Shown here one piece after another: positions 1 through 11,961 of a stretch of 64,000 nt of DNA. Position 1 is the first letter of the stretch; each line of letters opens with the position of its first letter. The position numbers and the translations under genes are program-made. Source of the DNA: Chiloscyllium plagiosum (taxonomy: Eukaryota); the NCBI RefSeq assembly GCF_004010195.1, contig NC_057720.1, positions 22,990,567-23,054,566 of the forward strand. Reading direction: 5' to 3'. The notes below the pieces were generated by a model that was not told the DNA's origin, did not search any database, and saw only the letters and a list, made by a program, of their open reading frames with translations.

Positions 1-98
1 ATTGGTCAGTAAGGATGTTGCTATGGGTTAGAAGGTTTGAGCAATAGGGAGAGGCTGAATAGGCTGGGGCTTTTTTCCCTGGAGAGTTGGAGGCGAGG
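1..98 (+). mobile_element. CR1/HER1-type LINE 3' fragment, left part (continues at ~4267 after a nested CR1)
   Basis: Encodes ...GLSNRERLNRLGLFSLE..., the CR1 RT C-terminus; the natural continuation (IYKTMRGMD...) resumes at 4270. Confidence 0.75.
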
Positions 99-216
99 AA
101 CTTATAGAACATTATAGCGCAGTACAGGCCCTTCTGCTCTTGATGTTGTGCTGCCCTGTGAAACCCACCGAACCGATACTATTCCATTCTAGTCCATATG
201 CCTATCCAATGACCAT

Positions 217-2960
217 TTAAATGCTTGTAAATTTGGCAAGTCTACAACTGTTGCAGGCAGTGTGTTCCGCATCCCTATTACTCTGAGTAAAGAAACTACC
301 TCTGACATCTGTCCTATATCTGTCACCCCTCAATATGAAGGTATGCCCCCTTGTGCTAGCCATCACCATCCATGGACAAAGGCTCTCAATGTCCACCCTA
401 TCTAACCCTCTGATAATCTTACATGTCTCAATTAAGTCACCTCTCAACTTCCTTCTCTCTAACAAAATAGCTTCAAGTCCTTCTACATTTCCTTGTAAGA
501 CCTTCCCTCCATACCAGGCAACATCCTAGTAAATTCCTCTGCACCCTTTCCAAAGCTTTCACATCCTTCCTATAATGTGGTGACCAGAACTGTACACAAT
601 ACTCCAAGTGTGGCCGCATCAGAGTTTTGTACAGCTGCAGCATGACCTCATGGTTCCAAAATTTGATCACTCTACTAATAAAAGCTAGCACACCGTATGC
701 CTTCTTAACAGCCCTATCAACCTGAATGACAACTTTGAGAGATCTATGTCCATGGACAGCGATATCTCTCTGCTTATCTGCACTATCAAGACTCTTACCA
801 TTTGTCCAGTACTCTGCATTCCTGCTACTCCTTCCAAAGTGAATTACCTCACTCTTTTCCACATTAAAGTCTATTTGCCGCCTCTCAGCCAAGGTCTGCA
901 GCTTATCCATGTCGCTTTATAAACTGCGACATCCTTCATCACTATCCACAACTCTACCGACCTTTGTGCCATCTGCAAATTTACTAACCCATCCTTCTAC
1001 ATCCTCATCCAGGTTGTTTATAAAAATGACAAACAGCAGTGGATCCAAAACAGATCCTTGTGGTACACCACTAGTATGAACATTTCCCATCAACCACCAC
1101 ATTCTGTCTTCTTTCAGCTAACCAATTTCTGATCCAAACCACTAAATCACCCTCAATTCCATGCTTCTAAATTTTGTGCAATAGCCTACCATAGGGAAAC
1201 TTATTAAATGCCTTACTGAAATCCATATACACCACATCAACCACTTTTCCCTCATCCACCTGTTTGTTCACCTTCTCAAAAGAACTCAATGAGGTTTATG
1301 AGGCATGACCTACCCTTCATAAAACTGTATTGACTATCCCTAATCAAATTATTCCTATCAAGATTATTATAAATCGTATAACTTACAACCTTTTCCAACA
1401 CTTTACACACAATCAATAAATCGTATAACTTACAACCTTTTCCAACACTTTACACACAATCAAAGTAAAGCTCACAGGTATATAACTACCATGGTTGTCT
1501 CTACTCCCCATCTTGAACAAGGGAACAGCATTTGCTATCCTCCAGTCTTCTGGCACTATTCCTGTAGACAATGACAACATAAAGATCAAAGCCAAAGGCT
1601 CAGCAATCTCCTGCCTACCTTCCCAGAGAATCCGAGGTTAAATCCCATCCAGCCCATGGGATTTATCTGTTTTCACACTCTCCAGAATTTCTAACACCTC
1701 CTCCTTGTGAACCTCAATCCCATCCAGTCTAGTAGCCTATTGCTCAGTATTGTCCTCAACAACATTGTCTTTTTCCAGTGTGAATACTGGCAAAAAATAT
1801 TCATTGAGTGCTTCCCCATCTCCTCTGACACCATGCACAACTTCCCACTACTATGTTTGATTGGCCCTAATCTTACTCCAGTCATTCTTGTATCCCCTAA
1901 AAACCTATAGAAAACTTTAGGGTTTTCCCTGATCCTATCACCAACAACTTCTCATGTCCCCTCCTCACTCGTCTTCGCGCTCTCTTTAGGTCTTTCCTGG
2001 CTACCTTGTAACTCTCAATCACCCTAACGGAGCCTTCAAATCTCATCCTAACATAAGCCTTGTTCTTCCTCTTGACAAGAGATTCAACTTCCTTAGTAAA
2101 CCACAGCTCCTACGCTTGACAACTTCCTCCCTGTCTGACAAGTACATACTTATCAAGACACATAGTAGCTGTTCCTTAAATAAGCTCCACATCCCCTGCA
2201 AAATCCTTCCCCATCCCTTGTCTAATTGCATCATAATTGCTTTTCCCCCAGCTTTAGCGCTTGCCCTCCGGAATACACCTATCCCTTTCCATCGCTAAAC
2301 TAAACTTACTGAATTATGGCCACTATCACCAAAGTACTCACCTACCTCCAAATCTAACACCTGGCTGCGTTCATTACCCAGTACCAAATCTAACGTGGCC
2401 TCACCCCTTGTTGACCTGTCAACATACTTTATCAAGAAACCCTCCTGCACACATTGGACAAAAACTGACCTATCTAAAGTACTTGATCTATCGTATTCCC
2501 AGTCAATATTTGGAAAGTTAAACACCCGTAACAACTACCCTGTCACTCTCGCTCCTATCGAGAATCAGCTTTGCTCTCCTTTCCTCTAAATCTCTGGAAC
2601 TATTCGGAGGCCTATAGAAAACTCCCAACAAGGTGACCTCTCAGCCCATATTACTTCAGTAGTCGAGTCCTCAAACGTCCTTTCTGGTACCGTAATACTG
2701 TCCTTGAGTAACAGTGCCACACCTCCCCTCTTTTACCATCTTCTCTGTTCTAATTGAAACATCGAAATATCAGAACCTGCAACAACCACTCCTGTCCTTG
2801 TTCTACCCATGTCTCTTAAATAGTCACAACATCGAAATCCCAGGGACCAACCCATGCTGCAGGTTCACCCACCTTATTCCTGATACTCCTGGTGTTGAAG
2901 TAGACATACTTCAAACCAACTTCTTGCTTGCCGGTGCCCTCTTGCGACCCTGAAACATTA
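217..2960 (-). pseudogene. CR1 ORF2 (APE endonuclease + reverse transcriptase), disrupted
   Basis: ORF-track pieces 2295-2534, 1413-1595, 917-1102, 473-910 and 217-465 are colinear parts of CR1 ORF2. Confidence 0.9.
1369..1463. repeat. Exact 47-bp tandem duplication inside CR1 ORF2
   Basis: ataaatcgtataacttacaaccttttccaacactttacacacaatca starts at 1369 and again at 1416. Confidence 0.95.
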
Positions 2961-3029
2961 TTCCATCCTTCCTATTCTCAACCTCCTCTGTACTCGAGCT
3001 ACAATTTAGGCCTCTAACCCCCTGCTGAA

Positions 3030-3947
3030 TTAGTTTAAACCCACCTGAAGGGTATTAGCAAATTTCCCCCCAGGATATTGGTACCCCTCTGGTTCAGGTG
3101 AAGACCATCCTGTTTCTAGAGGTCCCACTGACCTCAGAAAGAACCCTAATTATCCAGGAATTCAAAATCCTACCTCCTGCACCATCCTTGTAGCCATGTG
3201 TTCAACTCCTCTCTCTCTCTTCCGACTCCTCACCTCGCTAGCACTTGGCACGGGCAACAAACCAGGGATAACAACTCTGTTTGTTCTAGCTTGATGCTTC
3301 CACCCTAACTCCCTGAATTTCTGCTCACCTCTCCTCCTACCTATGTCTTTGGTGCCAATGTGGACCACAACTTGGGACTGCTTCCCCTCCCCTGCAAGGA
3401 TCCTGAAAACATGATCAGACGCATCATGAACCTGGCACCCAGGAGGCCACACACCAACCGGGAGTCTCTCGTTCCCACAGAACCTGCTATCTGTCCCCCT
3501 AACTATGGAGTCCCCAGTGACTAATGCTCTGCTCCTCTTCCCCCTTCCCTTCTGAGCAACTGGGACAGACTCTGTGCCACAGACCTTGCCCCATTGCTTA
3601 CCCTGGTAAGTCATCTCCCCCAAAGGTATCCAAAACAGTATACTTGTTGTTGAGGGGAATGGCCACAGGGGATCCCTGCACTGCCTGCCGGTTCCCTTTC
3701 CATCCCTGACGGTAACCCATCCACCTTTTTCTTTTACCTGAGGTGTGACTACCTCCCTGTAACTCCTCTCAATAACCCCCTCTGCCTCCATAATGATCCG
3801 AAGTTCATCCAGCTCCAGTTCCCTAACATGGTTTTCAAAGAGCTGGAGCTGGGTGCATGTTGTGCAGATGCAGTTAACTGGGACACTGGTGGTGATCCTT
3901 ACCTACCACATCCTGCAGAAGGAACATTCAACTGCCATAACCTCCAT
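3030..3947 (-). pseudogene. CR1 ORF1 (CxxC zinc finger, coiled coil, SGNH/GDSL-like esterase), disrupted
   Basis: Starts MEVMAVECSFCRMW at 3947; ORF 3162-3791 contains GDSIVRG and HIGTKD esterase-like blocks. Confidence 0.8.
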
Positions 3948-4266
3948 TCCCACTATTCTAAATTCCTAATGAGATTACTGAAAACTAAAAGAGAATAAAA
4001 AAATACTAGTCACCTTATCAATCTGGTGCACAGGCATTTTTTTTCATTTAGTGGAGGAGGATGGGTGGGAGACACTACCCCAGTAGTGTTTTGGATAAAG
4101 CAACCGCCCAAATATAAAACTTCACTTACCTAGCAATCCAGTGTCTGCTCCTGCTCAGCATGCGCTCTGCCTATACATGAGGTAAGTCTTTAATCTTTAC
4201 TCTTACCTTCCCATCAGGCCTCTGGTCCTCGCTGTCACTCCTCCCACTGCATCAGCCGCCGAGAAA

Positions 4267-4645
4267 ATGAATATAGACATTTATAAAACCATGAGGGGTA
4301 TGGATGTAGCAGATAGCCAAGATCTTTTTCCCAGCGTAGGGCAATCCAAAACTAGAGTGCATAGGTTTGAGGTGAGAAGGGAAAGATTTAAAAGGGACCT
4401 AAGGGGCAACCTTTTCACACAGAGGGTTGTGCGTGTATGGAATGAACTGCCAGAGGATGTGGTGGAGGGAGTACAATTACCACATTTAAAATACGTCTGG
4501 ATGGGTATACAAATAGGAAGGGTTTAGAGGGATTTAGGCAAATGGGAATAGATTAATTTAGGATATCTGGTCTGCATGGACAAATTTGACAAAGAGTCTG
4601 TTTCAGTGCTGTACATCTCTATAACTATGACTCTATAATTCTATA
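4267..4645 (+). mobile_element. CR1/HER1-type LINE 3' end, right part
   Basis: ORF IYKTMRGMD...FTQRVVRVWNELPE followed by a 3'UTR and (actctat)-like tail. Confidence 0.85.
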
Positions 4646-4699
4646 CAATTTTAGACAAATTCTAAGCATTAAGGCCAACTATCATCGATTTGTTAAAGC

Positions 4700-5410
4700 A
4701 ATGTTTGCCTATTGGACCAACAGATCTATGTCAGATGCCATATCACTTGCCCTTCACTGCTCCCTAGAACATCTTGACACCAAGAACTGCAACATAAGAA
4801 CCCTACTCATTGACTACAGTTCAGCCTTCAATACTATTACCCCCTCTGATTACTGAGCTTAATGATCTCGGACTAAGCCCCACTCTCTGCAACTGGATCC
4901 TTAGTTTCCTGACCCACAGGCCACAATCAGTGAAGATTGGGGACAATACTTCATCCTCACTAACACTCAACACGGGAGACCCCAGGGGTGCGTACTTAGC
5001 CCCCTACTGTACTCACTATATACCCATGACTACATCGCCAAATACCAGACTAATGTCATTTACACGTTCGCTGATGACACCACCGTAGTTGGTCAAATCT
5101 CAGATGGTGATGAAACAGACTACGGATGGAAGGTGGAAGACCTGGAAAAATGGTGCACTGAGAACAACCTCGCTCTCAATGCCGGCAAACCAAGGAAGTC
5201 ATTATTGACTTTCAGTGGGATGTTACTCATGCCCCCCCCCAATACACATTAACAGCACAGAGGTGATTGAGTGGAGAGTGTCAAGCTCCTGGCAGTGGTT
5301 ATCTACATCAAGCTTTCTTGGACTTTTTATGTGGAAACACTGTTTACAAAGGCCCAAAAACGTCTCTTCTTCCTCAGGCAGCTGAGGAAATTTGGTATGA
5401 CAATGAACAG
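4700..5410 (+). mobile_element. Rex1/Babar LINE RT fragment
   Basis: Reads [59 protein letters not shown], typical of Rex1/Babar RT; frameshifted. Confidence 0.85.
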
Positions 5411-5501
5411 GTAAACACAATGACTACAGATGCTGGAAACCAGATTTTGGATTAGTGGTGCTGGAAGAGCACAGCAGATCAGGCAGCATCCGAGGAGCAG
5501 C

Positions 5502-5540
5502 AAAATCGACGTTTCGGGCAAAAGCCCTTCATCAGGAATA
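5502..5540 (-). ncRNA. Minimal type-I hammerhead ribozyme, intact core
   Basis: Minus strand: attc-CTGATGA-a-gggc-tttt-gccc-GAAAC-GTC-gatt. Confidence 0.8.
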
Positions 5541-5815
5541 AAGGCAGAGAGCCTGAAGAGTGGAGAGATAAGTTAGAGGAGGGTGGGGATGGGGAGAAAG
5601 TAGCATAGAGTACAATAGGTGAGTGAGGGATGGGATGAAGGTGATAGGTCAGGGAGGAGGGTGGAGTGGATAGGTGGAAAAGGAGATAGGCAGGTAGGAC
5701 AAGTCATGGGGACAGTGCTGAGCTGGAAGTTTGGAACTGGGGTGAGGTGGGGGAAGGGGAAATGAGGAAACTGTTGAAGTCCACATTGATGCCCTGGGGT
5801 TGAAGTGTTCCGAGG

Positions 5816-6314
5816 NNNNNNNNNNNNNNNNNNNNNNNNNNNNNNNNNNNNNNNNNNNNNNNNNNNNNNNNNNNNNNNNNNNNNNNNNNNNNNNNNNNNN
5901 NNNNNNNNNNNNNNNNNNNNNNNNNNNNNNNNNNNNNNNNNNNNNNNNNNNNNNNNNNNNNNNNNNNNNNNNNNNNNNNNNNNNNNNNNNNNNNNNNNNN
6001 NNNNNNNNNNNNNNNNNNNNNNNNNNNNNNNNNNNNNNNNNNNNNNNNNNNNNNNNNNNNNNNNNNNNNNNNNNNNNNNNNNNNNNNNNNNNNNNNNNNN
6101 NNNNNNNNNNNNNNNNNNNNNNNNNNNNNNNNNNNNNNNNNNNNNNNNNNNNNNNNNNNNNNNNNNNNNNNNNNNNNNNNNNNNNNNNNNNNNNNNNNNN
6201 NNNNNNNNNNNNNNNNNNNNNNNNNNNNNNNNNNNNNNNNNNNNNNNNNNNNNNNNNNNNNNNNNNNNNNNNNNNNNNNNNNNNNNNNNNNNNNNNNNNN
6301 NNNNNNNNNNNNNN
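5816..6314. other. Assembly gap (N)
   Basis: Run of N. Confidence 1.
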
Positions 6315-6814
6315 GGGATGAGGTGTAATCCAGGTAGCTGTGGGAGTTGGTGGGTTTGTAAAAAATGTCAGTGTCAAGTCAGTCGTCATTAATGGAAATG
6401 GAGAGGTCCAGGAAGGGGAGGGAGGTGTCAGAGATGGTCCAGACAAATTTAAGGTCAGGGTGGAATGTGTTGGTGAAGTTGATGAATTGCTCAACCTCCT
6501 CGCGGGAGCACGAGGTGGCGCCAATGCAGTCATCAATGTACCGGCGGAAGAGGTGGGGAGTGGTGCCGGTGTAATTACGGAAGATCGAGCGACTGTTCTA
6601 TGTAGCCAGCAAAGAGACAGGCATAGCTGGGGCCCATATGTTTGCCCATGGCTACCCCTTTGGTCTGGAGGAAGTGGGAGGATTCAAAGGAGAAATTGTT
6701 AAGGGTGAGGACCAGTTCGGCCAGACGAGAGAGAGTGTCGGGTGGAAGGGTCGTGTTGGGGACGTCGGGAGAGGAAAAAGTGGAGGGCTTGGAGGCCCTG
6801 GTCATGGCGGATGG

Positions 6815-7028
6815 AGCCCTGCCTCAGCTGAGGGCCACACTCTCTCAGAATTGCAAAGGAAGCCCTGCCTCAGCTGAGGGCCACACTCTCTCAGAATTGC
6901 AAAGGATCTCTACAGTCAGCCCTGCCTCTGCTGAGGGCCACACTCTCTCAGAATTGCAAAGGAACCTAACCTCTCTACACTCAACCCTGCCTCAGCTGAG
7001 GGCCACACTCTCTCAGAATTGCAAAGGA
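6815..7028 (+). repeat. Four copies of a ~46-bp unit with progressively longer 5' extensions
   Basis: agccctgcctcagctgagggccacactctctcagaattgcaaagga at 6815, 6861, 6918 and ~6983; copies 3 and 4 are preceded by tctctacagtc and acctaacctctctacactc. Confidence 0.95.
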
Positions 7029-7531
7029 CCACTCTGTACTGCATCCTCAGGAGAATTCATACTCTCAACAAACAGTATTTCAACTCCATCTCAAACATCA
7101 AAAACTGTAAGTACAACAAACTTTTATCTACCCACCTCCATAACCAGCGCTCCTCAAACATTCCAGAAGATTCCCCTGGCCTCTGGAACTACTTCGACTC
7201 CATTAGCCATGCGACTGGTGCAGCTGCCACACCACGCTGATTGATGATATCACTTCCACCCCCATCATAGCCACTCCCACAACCACTTCCGCCCCTCACA
7301 ATTCCTCGTACATCACACGTGACATCACTTCCGCCCGTCACATCATCACTGATGTCACACGCTCAGTGACTTCCCCAATCCTACTGTCGTGTTTGCCAGC
7401 ACTTCCGCCCCCACCAACGCCACTCACCTGCATTCTGCTGACACGCCTCTCACAGATCCCACTGTCACCATTCCCGGCCCCCAGAACCCTGAGGGGAACA
7501 CCACCCCTGCTCATGACTCCACCCCATTCCC
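6964..7531 (+). mobile_element. Probable N-terminal ORF region of a Penelope-like element, inverted relative to the adjacent RT
   Basis: LTSLHSTLPQLRATLSQNCKG.. then TLYCILRRIHTLNKQYFNSISNIKNCKYNKLL and a T/P/S-rich linker; abuts PLE RT. The family assignment is inference. Confidence 0.5.
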
Positions 7532-7887
7532 NNNNNNNNNNNNNNNNNNNNNNNNNNNNNNNNNNNNNNNNNNNNNNNNNNNNNNNNNNNNNNNNNNNNN
7601 NNNNNNNNNNNNNNNNNNNNNNNNNNNNNNNNNNNNNNNNNNNNNNNNNNNNNNNNNNNNNNNNNNNNNNNNNNNNNNNNNNNNNNNNNNNNNNNNNNNN
7701 NNNNNNNNNNNNNNNNNNNNNNNNNNNNNNNNNNNNNNNNNNNNNNNNNNNNNNNNNNNNNNNNNNNNNNNNNNNNNNNNNNNNNNNNNNNNNNNNNNNN
7801 NNNNNNNNNNNNNNNNNNNNNNNNNNNNNNNNNNNNNNNNNNNNNNNNNNNNNNNNNNNNNNNNNNNNNNNNNNNNNNNNNNNNNNN
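7532..7887. other. Assembly gap (N)
   Basis: Run of N. Confidence 1.
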
Positions 7888-8053
7888 AGGTGCCGGTGTT
7901 GGACTAAGGTGGGCAAAGTTAAAAATCTGACAACACTAGGTTATAGTCCAACAGGTTTATTTGGAAGCACTAGCTTCCGGAGCACTGCTCCTTCATCAGG
8001 TAGCTGATAAATCTGTTGAACTATAACCTAGTGTTGTCTGATTTTTAACTTTG
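7888..8053. mobile_element. Fold-back PLE-derived mini-element (second family) with a hammerhead in the loop
   Basis: 47-bp inverted arms at 7914-7960 and 8007-8053; the loop on the minus strand reads CTGATGA-a-ggagc-agt-gctcc-GGAAGCTA. Confidence 0.7.
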
Positions 8054-8399
8054 TTTCTGTGTTGCCAGCCCTGAGTAACATTGTTAAATCTTGCCAAATG
8101 CTGTTGAGTCTCAATTCAAAAAGATAATCACAGAGTGAGTTGCGATGAAAATCATGGGTCCCAGGCGCATAATGGAAGCAGCAGCTCCAGGCAAAGCAGA
8201 CAGCAGAGACCGACACACTGAACACATGGCAAGTATCTCTGCTTAGTTATCATTCCCAGTGGATCCCTCACCAAATAAGAAAATGTCTCAGCATCCCATC
8301 CAGCTTTATCCTTTATGAGGTAAAGGAACGAGAGGCGGAGAAAACTTTGAGCAAGAGCCTGCTTGCTTGCTTTCTGTAACTGAACCTAGAACATAGCAT

Positions 8400-8545
8400 T
8401 AGAGCTGGCAGCATCTGTGAAGAGAAACGTTTTGGGTCGACTGAGCCTCAGAACCCACAGATGCTACCATACCAGCAGAGTCTCTCCAACAATTTCTGTT
8501 TTTGTTTCTGATTTACAGCAGCCGCAGTTCTTTTGGCTTTTAACA
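8400..8545. mobile_element. Old fold-back PLE pLTR remnant
   Basis: gcagcatctgtg...cacagatgctacc inverted arms and a cagcagccgcagttctttt tail like other pLTR copies. Confidence 0.55.
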
Positions 8546-8894
8546 TATCATTAGGACTTGACAGAAATGTGGATGTAACAGCCCACAAGCTGCATCTTCT
8601 AACAGCCACACTGTAGGTATTTAGAACAATGAAAGGATCTTACACACATTACTGAAGCTAAGCTCCCAGCATCATAAGCCTTCACAAGCCATCAGCATTG
8701 AATAGTTCTTTGCGGAGATTAAACAAATGACTTATTTGTCTGACAGATGTTGTGCTTTGAAAAATATTTGCATGCTTCAGCAAAGCACTCAGATTTTATT
8801 GGCCAACCAGTCACCCAGCTTTTCTGCTCCTTCCCTCTTTGTCAGCTGGAACTCAGTCAGTCACATTTGCTTGTAAAGTCAGGCTCATTTGGGA

Positions 8895-11125
8895 ATTAAA
8901 ACACAACAGCGAATGCTGGAGATTGGAAACAAAACAGAAATTTCTGCAGAGACTCTGCTGATATGGTAGCATCTGTGAGAAGAAAGGACAGGAGTGGGAA
9001 TTTGTGCTTGGAGTCCGAGGAGATAGGAGAGGTGCTAAATGAATATTTTTCATTAGTATTTACACTGGAAAGAGACAATGTTGTTGAGGAGAACACTGAG
9101 GTACAGGCTATTAGATGAGATGGGACTGAGGTTCGTAAGGAGGAGGTGTTAGCAATTCTGGAAAGTGTGAAAATAGATAAGTCCCCTGGGCCGGATGTGA
9201 TTTATCCTCAGATTCTCTGGGAAGCCAGGAAGGAGATTGCAGAACATTTGGCTTTGATCTTTATGTCGTCATTGTCGACAGAAATTGTGCCAGAAGACTG
9301 GAAGATAGCAAATGTTGTCCCCTTGTTCAAGAAGGGGAGTAGAGACAACTTTGGTAATTATAGAGCAGTGAGCCTTACTTCAGTTGTGGGTAAAGTGCTG
9401 GAAAGAATTATAAGATATAGGATTTATTATTAACTAGAAAGGAACAATTTGATTAGGGATAGTCAACACAGTTTTGTGAAGGGCAGGTCGTGCCTCGCAA
9501 AGCTTATTGAGATGGTTGAGAAGATGAATGAGGGTATAGTGGTTGATGTGGTGTACATGGATTTCAGTAAAGCGTTTGATAAGGTTCCCCATGGTAAGCT
9601 GTTGCAGTAAATATGGAGGTATGGGATTGAGGGTGATTTAGTGGTATGAATCAGAAATTGGTTAGCTGAAAGAAGACAGAGAGTGGTGGTGGCAAATGTT
9701 CATCCTGGTGTTCAGTTATTAGTGGTATACCATAAGGATCTGTTTAGGGGCCACTGCTGTTTGTCATTTTTATACATGACCTGGATGATGGCGTAGAAGG
9801 ATGGGTTAGTAAATTTACAAATGACTCTAAGGTCGGTCGAGCTGTGGACAGTGCTGAAGGATATTGCTGCTTACAGAGGGACATAGATAAGCTGCAGAGT
9901 TGGGCTGAAAGGTGGCAAATGGAGTTTAATGCAGAAAAGTGTGAGGTGATTCATTTTGGAAGAAGTAACAGTAATACAGAGTACTGGGGTAATGGTAAGG
10001 TTCTTGCAGTGTGGATGAGCAGAAAGATCTCCGTGTCCATGTACATAGATCCCTGAAAGTTGCCACCCAGGTTAATAGGATTGTTAAGAAGGCATATGAA
10101 CCATGGGGTTATGTTGCAGCTGTAGGAAACTATGGTGTGGCCGCACTTGGAGTATTGCGTACAGTTCTGGTTACCACATTATAGGAAGGATGTGTAAGTT
10201 TTGGAAAAGATGCAGAGGAGATTTATGAGGATATTGTCTGGTATGGAAGGAAGGTCTTCTGAGGAAAGACTGAGTGACCTGAGGCTGTTTTCGTTAGAAG
10301 GAAGAGGTTGAGAGGTGACTTAATAGAGATGTGAAAGATGATCAGAGGATTAGATAGTGTTAGCAGAGAGAGACGTTTTCCTCGGATAGTGATGGCTAGC
10401 ATGAGAGGACATAGCTTTAAATTGAGCGGTGATAGATATAGGACAGATGTCAGAGGGGTAGTTTCTTTACTCAGAGAGTAGTAATGGCGTGAAACTCCCT
10501 GCCTGCAACTGTAGTAGACTCACCGACTTTAATGTCTTTTTAAATGGCCATTGGATAAACATATGGATGATAATGCAACAATGCAGGTTAGTTCAGCTTC
10601 AGGCTGGTTTCACAGGTCAGCACAACATTGAGGGTCAGAGAGCCTGGACTGTGCTGTAATGTTCTGTGTTCTTTGAAAGCAAGATAATATTTCGAGTCTG
10701 GCGATTCTTCATCAGAACTGTTAACAGCTCAGGAAAGGTGGTAATATATTGAAGTGACGTTTGTGGGAAGGGGTTGGTCTTGCACAAGGTGACTTACTTG
10801 CCGATTTACTTCCTCCAACCTCAGTATCCAAGGCCTCAGGCACACCTTCCAGGTGAAGCAGCAGCTTACCTGCACTTCTCTCAACTCATTTATTTCATTC
10901 ACTGCTCAGAATGTGGTCTCCTGTATATCGGGGGAGATGAAACACAGATTTGATGACCGCTTTGCTGAACACCTACACTCTGTCTGTAAAACATGACCCA
11001 GAGTTTCCCACTGCCTCCACTTCAACACACCACTGTGTTCCTACACCAACATTTCTGTCCCAGATCTGTTGCAGTGTTCCTTAACGCAAGTTCAAAGAAC
11101 AACACTTCATTTTCCACTTGGGGAT
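8895..11125. mobile_element. PLE remnant (pLTR + GIY-YIG endonuclease fragment) split by a CR1 insertion
   Basis: pLTR 8895-8986 resumes at 10675; 10845-11000 (+) encodes FQVKQQLTCTS..IYFIHCSECGLLYIG..DDRFAEHL (GIY-YIG); degenerate hammerhead at 10683-10718 (-). Confidence 0.75.
8987..10674 (+). mobile_element. 5'-truncated CR1 LINE (RT half)
   Basis: KSPGPDVIYP, DWKIANVVPLFKKG, GNYRAVSLTS, WQMEFNAEKC; atgttctgtgttct tail; possible TSD gaaag. Confidence 0.92.
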
Positions 11126-11140
11126 TCTGTTTCTGTTCTG

Positions 11141-11275
11141 CTCATTCCTGAAGAAGGGCCTGTGCCCGAAACGTCGAATCTCCTGTTCCCTGGATGCTGC
11201 CTGACCTGCTGTGCTGTTCCAGCAATAAAGTTTCAACTTTGATCTCCAGCATCTGCAGACCTCACTTTCTCCTCC
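11141..11275 (+). mobile_element. Solo PLE pseudo-LTR (~135 bp)
   Basis: Hammerhead followed by ctcctgttccctggatgctgcctgacctgctgtg...ccagcatctgcagacctcactttctcc, the same family as the 47347 and 23196 copies. Confidence 0.8.
11144..11179 (+). ncRNA. Minimal type-I hammerhead ribozyme, best-preserved copy
   Basis: ATTC-CTGAAGA-a-GGGC-ctgt-GCCC-GAAAC-GTC-GAAT: 4-bp stem I (ATTC/GAAT), 4-bp stem II, palindromic ACGT at stem III, GUC cleavage triplet. Confidence 0.85.
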
Positions 11276-11485
11276 TTAGAATACTGAATGGACTCACAAA
11301 CTCATAACATTCACCTGTACCTGTGTTTTTGTTTTTGTTGCTGTTAACCATTATTTACTTATCTATGCTACTTAACTCTGTGATCTGCATGTGTAGCTCG
11401 CAAGGCAAAGCTTCTCACTGTGCCTCGGTACACGTGACAATAAATTCAGTTCAATTCAAATCAATTCAATTCTATTCAATTCAAT
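11276..11485 (+). mobile_element. Rex1/Babar-type 3' tail ending in a (TTCAA)n microsatellite
   Basis: ...cactgtgcctcggtacacgtgacaataaa followed by ttcagttcaattcaaatcaattcaattc. Confidence 0.6.
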
Positions 11486-11961
11486 ATGTATTTGACAAAT
11501 TTAATAGTAAACTTTCTCACCTTTTTTTAACAACTTGTACAGCAAGCAATCAATGTTTTCTGAATTATCTAATATCAAGTCCATTAATACTTCAGAAGCG
11601 TTCAAACTTGGAACCTCTACTTGAGCAGATTAATGGAATGGGTAGGAGTGGATTTTTAAGGCAATATTAATAAGATGCTTTCCAGGAACTGGCATTCTTT
11701 GAGATTTTGCACAAGGTCTTTTGTTGTCTTTTAATGTTCTCTATTCCCAAAGGAGAATATATTTATCAAAAAATTACTTGTAAGCAAATAGGAGGTTTAA
11801 CAAGCAACAAGGAGAGCTAGCTGTGAAATACTTGGGAGATCATAAGCAGATTTGTGGAATAGCAGGCTGATAGAAAGTAAAATTTATTGTTGAGTGAAAA
11901 TGCAAGGAATGACAGACGAGGAATGGGAATACGCACACAGTATGATAACTATAATAACAAT

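Larger units (their letters stand above)
99..4265 (-). mobile_element. Near full-length decayed CR1 LINE (5'UTR, ORF1, ORF2, 3' tail)
   Basis: Minus-strand fragments give RT (SGVPQGSVL, KFADGTKVG, RPHLEYCVQFWSP), the APE end (FNFPNIDW, LDLVL, GDSGHN) and ORF1 (ALVTGDSIVRG, VVVHIGTKD); TTCTA-type tail at ~99-115; many stops and frameshifts. Confidence 0.93.
5411..6814 (-). mobile_element. Penelope-like element, 3' part (RT, gap, pseudo-LTR)
   Basis: RLAELVLTLNNFSFESSHFLQTKGVAMG..MGPSYACLF is PLE RT; the pLTR at 5411-5560 carries a hammerhead motif. Confidence 0.88.

Noticed and set aside
1369..1463. 47-bp tandem duplication as a functional element
   Set aside because: It is a simple local duplication inside a dead CR1 ORF2.
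6815..7028. CRISPR-like repeat-spacer array
   Set aside because: Spacers are 0-19 nt and are nested pieces of the same upstream sequence; there are no cas genes; the context is a vertebrate retroelement.
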